Assembly (NCBI RefSeq): GCF_963921235.1 | Contig: NC_086101.1 | Coordinates: 1,364,001 to 1,428,000 of the forward strand | DNA from: Mobula hypostoma | Taxonomy: Eukaryota | DNA: 64,000 nucleotides | Direction: 5' to 3' | Shown: piece by piece, positions 59,568 through 64,000 of the stretch | Numbering within the stretch: position 1 is the first letter of the stretch | Layout of the letters: every line of letters begins with the position of its first letter | Notes under the pieces: model-generated | Told to the model about the DNA's origin: nothing | Databases searched by the model: none | The model's input: the letters and a program-made list of their open reading frames with translations, nothing else | Made by a program: the position numbers and the translations under genes

Positions 59568-60820
59568 CAGGGCCAGATTAAGCTAGAGCGGGGCCTGTAG
59601 CATATGTTATAAAGGGGCCCTAAATTTAAAAAAAAATGTGTATAAGTATTAAAACATAAATTATTTACTTGCATAGTAAAGTAATTCAATTTTTTCATTT
59701 GCTATACAGCCAGATAACATGACAAATGCCTGACACTTCAGTAATAGCATTACTTACATGTAGGTATCAATTTCAAATGTCAGAAGTAACAAAACTACAA
59801 TTTAAAAGTTAGATTTTCTAGACTTAGCATGAGCAAATTTGTTGACGACACTGGAAAGGTCTGTTTCACGCGGAAGTTCATGTTCAATGCTCATTAGAGT
59901 GAGATTGTTCAATCTGTTTTGACCCACGGTGCTCCTTAGTTCATTTTTAATCCTCAAGCACGAGGAATTTTGCAGATGCTGCAAATTCAAGCAACACACA
60001 TCAAAGTTGCTGGTGAACGCAGCAGGCCAGGCAGCATCTCTAGGAAGAGGTACAGTCGACGTTTCAGTTAGTCCTGACGAAGGGTCTCGGCCTGAAACAT
60101 CAACTGTACCTCTTCCTAGAGATGCTGCCTGGCCTGCTGCGTTCACCAGCAACTTTGATGTGTGTTGCTTCATTTTTAATCCTTTTCAGTTTTGAAAATG
60201 AGCGTTCTCCACTGCAGTTAGTAACCGTGAGTGACAAATAGATGTACAAGGCATTTTCTACATTTGGAAAACATGACTCCAAAGAATTGTTAGTTATCAA
60301 ATGGTACAAGTCTAACTCTACAAGGTCTTGTTTGGCACCAAAATAAGAAGCAAGATCAGTTTTCAACAGTTCAGAAACTGTACAAATCCTTCATTAAGAC
60401 TTTCTTCCAGATCTTCTGGATATGATTTAATAAGATTTGATGACCTCTTTACGATCTCTTCAGGTGTAAACGACTGTAACTGATGAAGGAATCCAAGAAC
60501 ACCATTTACCTTTAGATAAGCTTTTCTGCCTTTTTGACAGAGCAGAAAGCAAGCTGTCAATAATGGCAAGAAATGTTTGGCTTTTAAACTTCTGAGAAGG
60601 TATTTGAGATTCAACAAGTGGATCAAGAGTGCTGGAACCACTGAAATCATCATATGTATGATTTTGCTTGTGTTTTCTTCGAGTTTGTTGTTGATAATCT
60701 TCACACAGTCAGATCCTTGGCTTTTTGTTCAATGTCTGCAAAAGTAGACCGCATAGCTTGAATATATCCATGCAAGGATTCATAGAGTGCACAAGCTGTG
60801 TTCAAGTCTTGGCCAGATGA
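59568..60820 (-). mobile_element. hAT transposon 3' part (transposase C-terminus and terminal repeat)
   Basis: TIR-like CAGGGCCAGATTAAG at 59568; minus-strand YLSLTVTNCSGERSFSKLKRIKNE...LRSTVGQNRLNNLTLMSIE. Confidence 0.82.
59955..60168. mobile_element. Fold-back Penelope-derived mini-element with hammerhead motif (60070-60105)
   Basis: Inverted arms around GTCCTGACGAAGGGTCTCGGCCTGAAAC; 15-bp TSD TTCATTTTTAATCCT at 59940-59954 and 60169-60183. Confidence 0.87.
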
Positions 60821-60829
60821 TTCCAAACA

Positions 60830-61310
60830 AGGATGATTCCAGGAATGAAAGGGTTACCATACTGGGAACATTTGATGGCTCTGGGTCTGTACTCACTGTA
60901 AGTTAGAAGGATGAGGGGGATCTCTTTGTAACCTTTCAGATGTTGAAAGGACTGGACAGAGTGGATGTGGAAAGGATGTTTCCCATGGTGGGAAATTCCA
61001 GGACAAGAGGACACAGCCTCAGGATAGAGAGGGGCCCTTTCCAAACAGAGATGTGGAGAAATTCCTTTAGCCAGAGGCTGGTGAATTTGTGGAATTTGTT
61101 GCCACATGCAGCTGTGGAGGCCAGGTTGTGGGTGCATATTAAGGCAGAAATTGATAGGTTCTTGATTGGACATGGCAACAAAGGTTACGGGGAGAAGGCC
61201 AAGAAATGTGGTTGAGGAGGAGAAAAATAAAGGATTGGCCATGATTGAATGACGGAGCAGACTCGATGGGCCAAATGGCCTAATTCTCCTCCTATGTCTT
61301 ATGGTCTTAT
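60830..61310 (+). mobile_element. CR1 3' fragment
   Basis: ORF 60940-61215 RTRGHSLRI...FSQRLVNLWNLLP; TCTTATG tail. Confidence 0.8.
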
Positions 61311-61333
61311 AGTATACTACTTCAACTCCTGTA

Positions 61334-63004
61334 ACACACACAAAATGCTGGTAAATGTAGCAGGCCAGGTAGCATCTATAGGAAGAGGTACAGTCGACGT
61401 TTTGGGCTGAGACCCTTTGTCAGGACTAACTGAAAGAAGAGATAGTAAGAGATTTGAAAGTCGGGGGGGAGATCTGAAATGATAGGAGAAGACAGGAGGG
61501 GGAGCAATGGAACTAACAGCTGGAAAGTTGTTTGGCAAAAGGGATACGAGGCTGGAGAAGGGGGAGGATCATGGGACAGGAGGCCAAGGGAGAAAGAAAG
61601 GGGGAGGGGGGAAAAAGCCCAGAGGATGGGCAAGGAGTTATAGTGAGAGGGACAGAGGGAGAGAAAAGAGAGAGAAGAAAGGGAAAAGAAAAAAATAATA
61701 AATAAATAGGGGTGGGGTACGAAGGGGAGGTGGGGCATTAATGGAATTTACAGAAGTCAATGTTCATGCCATCAGGTTGGAGGCTACCCAGACGGAATAT
61801 AAGGTGTCATTCCTCCAACCTGAGTGTGGCTTCATCTTTACAGTAGAGGAGGCCGTGGATAGACATGTCAGAAAGGGAATGGAATGTGGAATTAAAATAT
61901 GTGGCCACTGAGAGATCCTGCTTTCTCTGGCGGACAGAGCGTAGGTGTTCAGCAAAACGATCTCCCAGTCTGCGTCGGGTCTTGCCAACATATAGAAGGC
62001 CACATCGGGAGGACTGGACGCAGTATATCACCCCAGCCGACTCACAGGTGAAGTGTCACCTCACCTGGAAGGACTGTCTAGGACCCTGAATGGTGGTGAG
62101 GGAGGAAGTGTAAGGGCATGTGTAGCACTTGTTCCACTTACAAGGATAAGTGCCAGGAGGGAGATCAGTGGGGAGGGATGGGGGGGACGAATGGACAAGG
62201 GAGTCGCGTAGGGAGCGATCCCTGCGGAAAGCAGAGGGGGGGAAGGAAAAATGTGCTTAGTGGTGGGATCTCATTGGAGGTGGTGGAAGTTACGGAGAAT
62301 AATATGTTGGATCAGGAGGCTGGTGGGGTGGTAGGTGAGGACCAGGGGATCCCTATTCCTAGCGGGGTGGCGGGAGGATGGGGTGAGAGCAGATGTGTGT
62401 GAAATGGGAGAGATGCGTTTGAGAGCAGAGTTGATGGTGGAGGAAGGGAAGCCACTTTCTTTAGAAAAGGAGGACATCTCCTTTGTCCTGGAATGAAAAG
62501 CCTGATCCTGAGAGCAGATGCGGCATTGATGGAGGAATTGGAGGAATCCGTTAATGCCCTACCTCCCCTTCGTATCCCATCCCTATCTATCGATTTATTT
62601 ATTTTCTCTCCCTTTTCTTTCTCTCTTTTCTCTCCCTCTGTCCCTCTCACTATAACTCCTTGCCCATCCTCTGGGCTCCCCCCCCCCACCTTTCTTTCTC
62701 CCTAGGCCTCCCGTCCCATGATCCTCTCCCTTCTCCAGCCTCATATCCCTTTTGCCAATAAACTTTCCAGCTCTTATCTCCATCCCTCCCCCTCCTGTCT
62801 TCTCCTATCATTTCGGATCTCCCCCTCCCCCTCCCACTTCCAAATTTCTTACTATCTCTTCTTTCAGTTGGTCCTGATGAAGGGTCTCAACCCAAAACGT
62901 CAACTGTACCTCTTCCTATAGATGCTGCCTGGACGGCTGCGTTCACCAGCATTTTGTGTGTGTTGCTTGAATTTCCAGCATCTGCAGATTTCCTCGTGTT
63001 TGCA
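61334..63004 (-). mobile_element. 5'-truncated Penelope-like element with GIY-YIG endonuclease and inverted pseudo-LTRs
   Basis: IYCVQSSRCGLLYVGKTRRRLGDRFAEH (61807-62031), PLVLTYHP linker; about 410-bp inverted arms (61334-61742 / 62550-62963); 15-bp TSD ACT(T/C)CAACTCCTGTA at 61319-61333 and 63005-63019. Confidence 0.9.
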
Positions 63005-63245
63005 ACTCCAACTCCTGTACTCAATACTCTGATTTATGAAGGTCAATTTGCCAAAAACTCTCTTTTTGATCCTGTCTACCTGTGACTTGTGTTGGTACTT
63101 AGCTTCCTAAAATAAATCACACATGCGTTTAGATTAAAGCAGCCAGAACTATTTCCTGATGTTATTGATAATCAATTGTTTTGAAAACTTTGGGTAATGA
63201 CATTTTTAATTAATTTACTAAACTCAATCAATTTCTGTCTTACAG

Positions 63246-63602
63246 CTTTTGCGCAAAATATGGCAGAAATTCCAAAACCAAAAAAATACATTTTTGCAAC
63301 TGTTTCTGACTCCATTTTATTAACTGGAAATATCAAAGAAGTTAAAAATGACCAAATAATCCATTGGTCATACATTGACCGTTTACAAAAGTCACTAATG
63401 TTATTTCATTCTGTTGGTGTTGATTCTCCAACTTTATCTCCATATTATCAACATCGTTGTACATACTATGCCATCAATGCTAGCTTGGAGCTGCGAAACT
63501 TGGAGATTACTGACAGTGGTATTTATCAACTCAGTGTGGAACGATATTACACCGCTACACCGGACAAGATGTTCATTTACTCTGTATTCCTCAATGTTGA
63601 AG
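63246..63602 (+). CDS. Exon 2: Ig V-set domain (CD2/SLAM/CEACAM-like) of the plus-strand host gene
   Basis: Acceptor TTCTGTCTTACAG (AG 63244-63245), donor GAAG|GTATGA, 357 bp, phase 1-1, open. Motifs SILL, IHW, NASLELRNLEITDSGIY, VFLNVE; no canonical B/F cysteines. Confidence 0.9.
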
Positions 63603-64000
63603 GTATGAACTCTTACTTTGCTAAGTTGTATTAAATCAAGAGTTACAATAATTTATTGGGATCTACCTTACTAACATCTGACTTTCTTGTTCTTCTGAGT
63701 TGGTTTCCCTGATTCGCCCATACTTAACACTTGCAAAAAAAAACTTGCACATTCTTCCGCTAGTACACATGTACACATACTAAAAAGATATAAAGAAGCA
63801 TAAGACAGATGTTGAAAACAAAAAAAAATTGAGGATGCTCAACAAGAATGTCGAAAGAGTCGCACAGTATGTAAAGAGAAATTTAGCATCTCCTCCAGCT
63901 CTGCCATTGTGCTACCCTTAAATTTTGCTTGCTCTTTCCTCCGGTCATTCTCACCTTCTCTCATGCCTTATTCATTTTACTTCACTTTCTCAGTACCTTT

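Noticed and set aside
59049..59600. ORF-track peptides across the CpG island
   Set aside because: GC-rich chance ORFs; only the two short signal-peptide exons have Kozak plus splice-donor support.

Overview
Eukaryotic, transposon-dominated vertebrate genomic DNA; the repeat inventory (many CR1 LINEs with octamer tails, Rex/Babar, Penelope-like elements, Gmr1-like Gypsy, hAT) suggests a cartilaginous fish (inference). Most of the 64 kb is nested mobile-element debris. Hidden in it is a head-to-head pair of host genes sharing a small CpG island at about 59.1-59.5 kb. Their ATGs are about 230 bp apart, each starts a short signal-peptide exon with a phase-1 GT donor, and each links to CD2/SLAM/CEACAM-type Ig V exons lacking the canonical disulfide (63246-63602 on +; 46174-46419 and 26390-26725 on -). 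Each start codon is preceded by an RFX X-box-like palindrome. Other notable items: a very young non-autonomous Gmr1-like LTR element with intact gag-protease and in-frame vestiges of IN/RT/RNase H, nested in a hAT transposon; fold-back Penelope-derived mini-elements carrying minimal hammerhead ribozyme motifs; an LTR swollen by a 3.2 kb G-rich minisatellite; a roughly 720 bp segment apparently copied between two related LTR loci; and a non-autonomous retroposon family with a YY1-like 5' end. Many long ORFs in the track are artefacts of repeats or antisense frames. Boundaries of old repeat fragments are approximate, and family calls come from motif recognition, not database searches.
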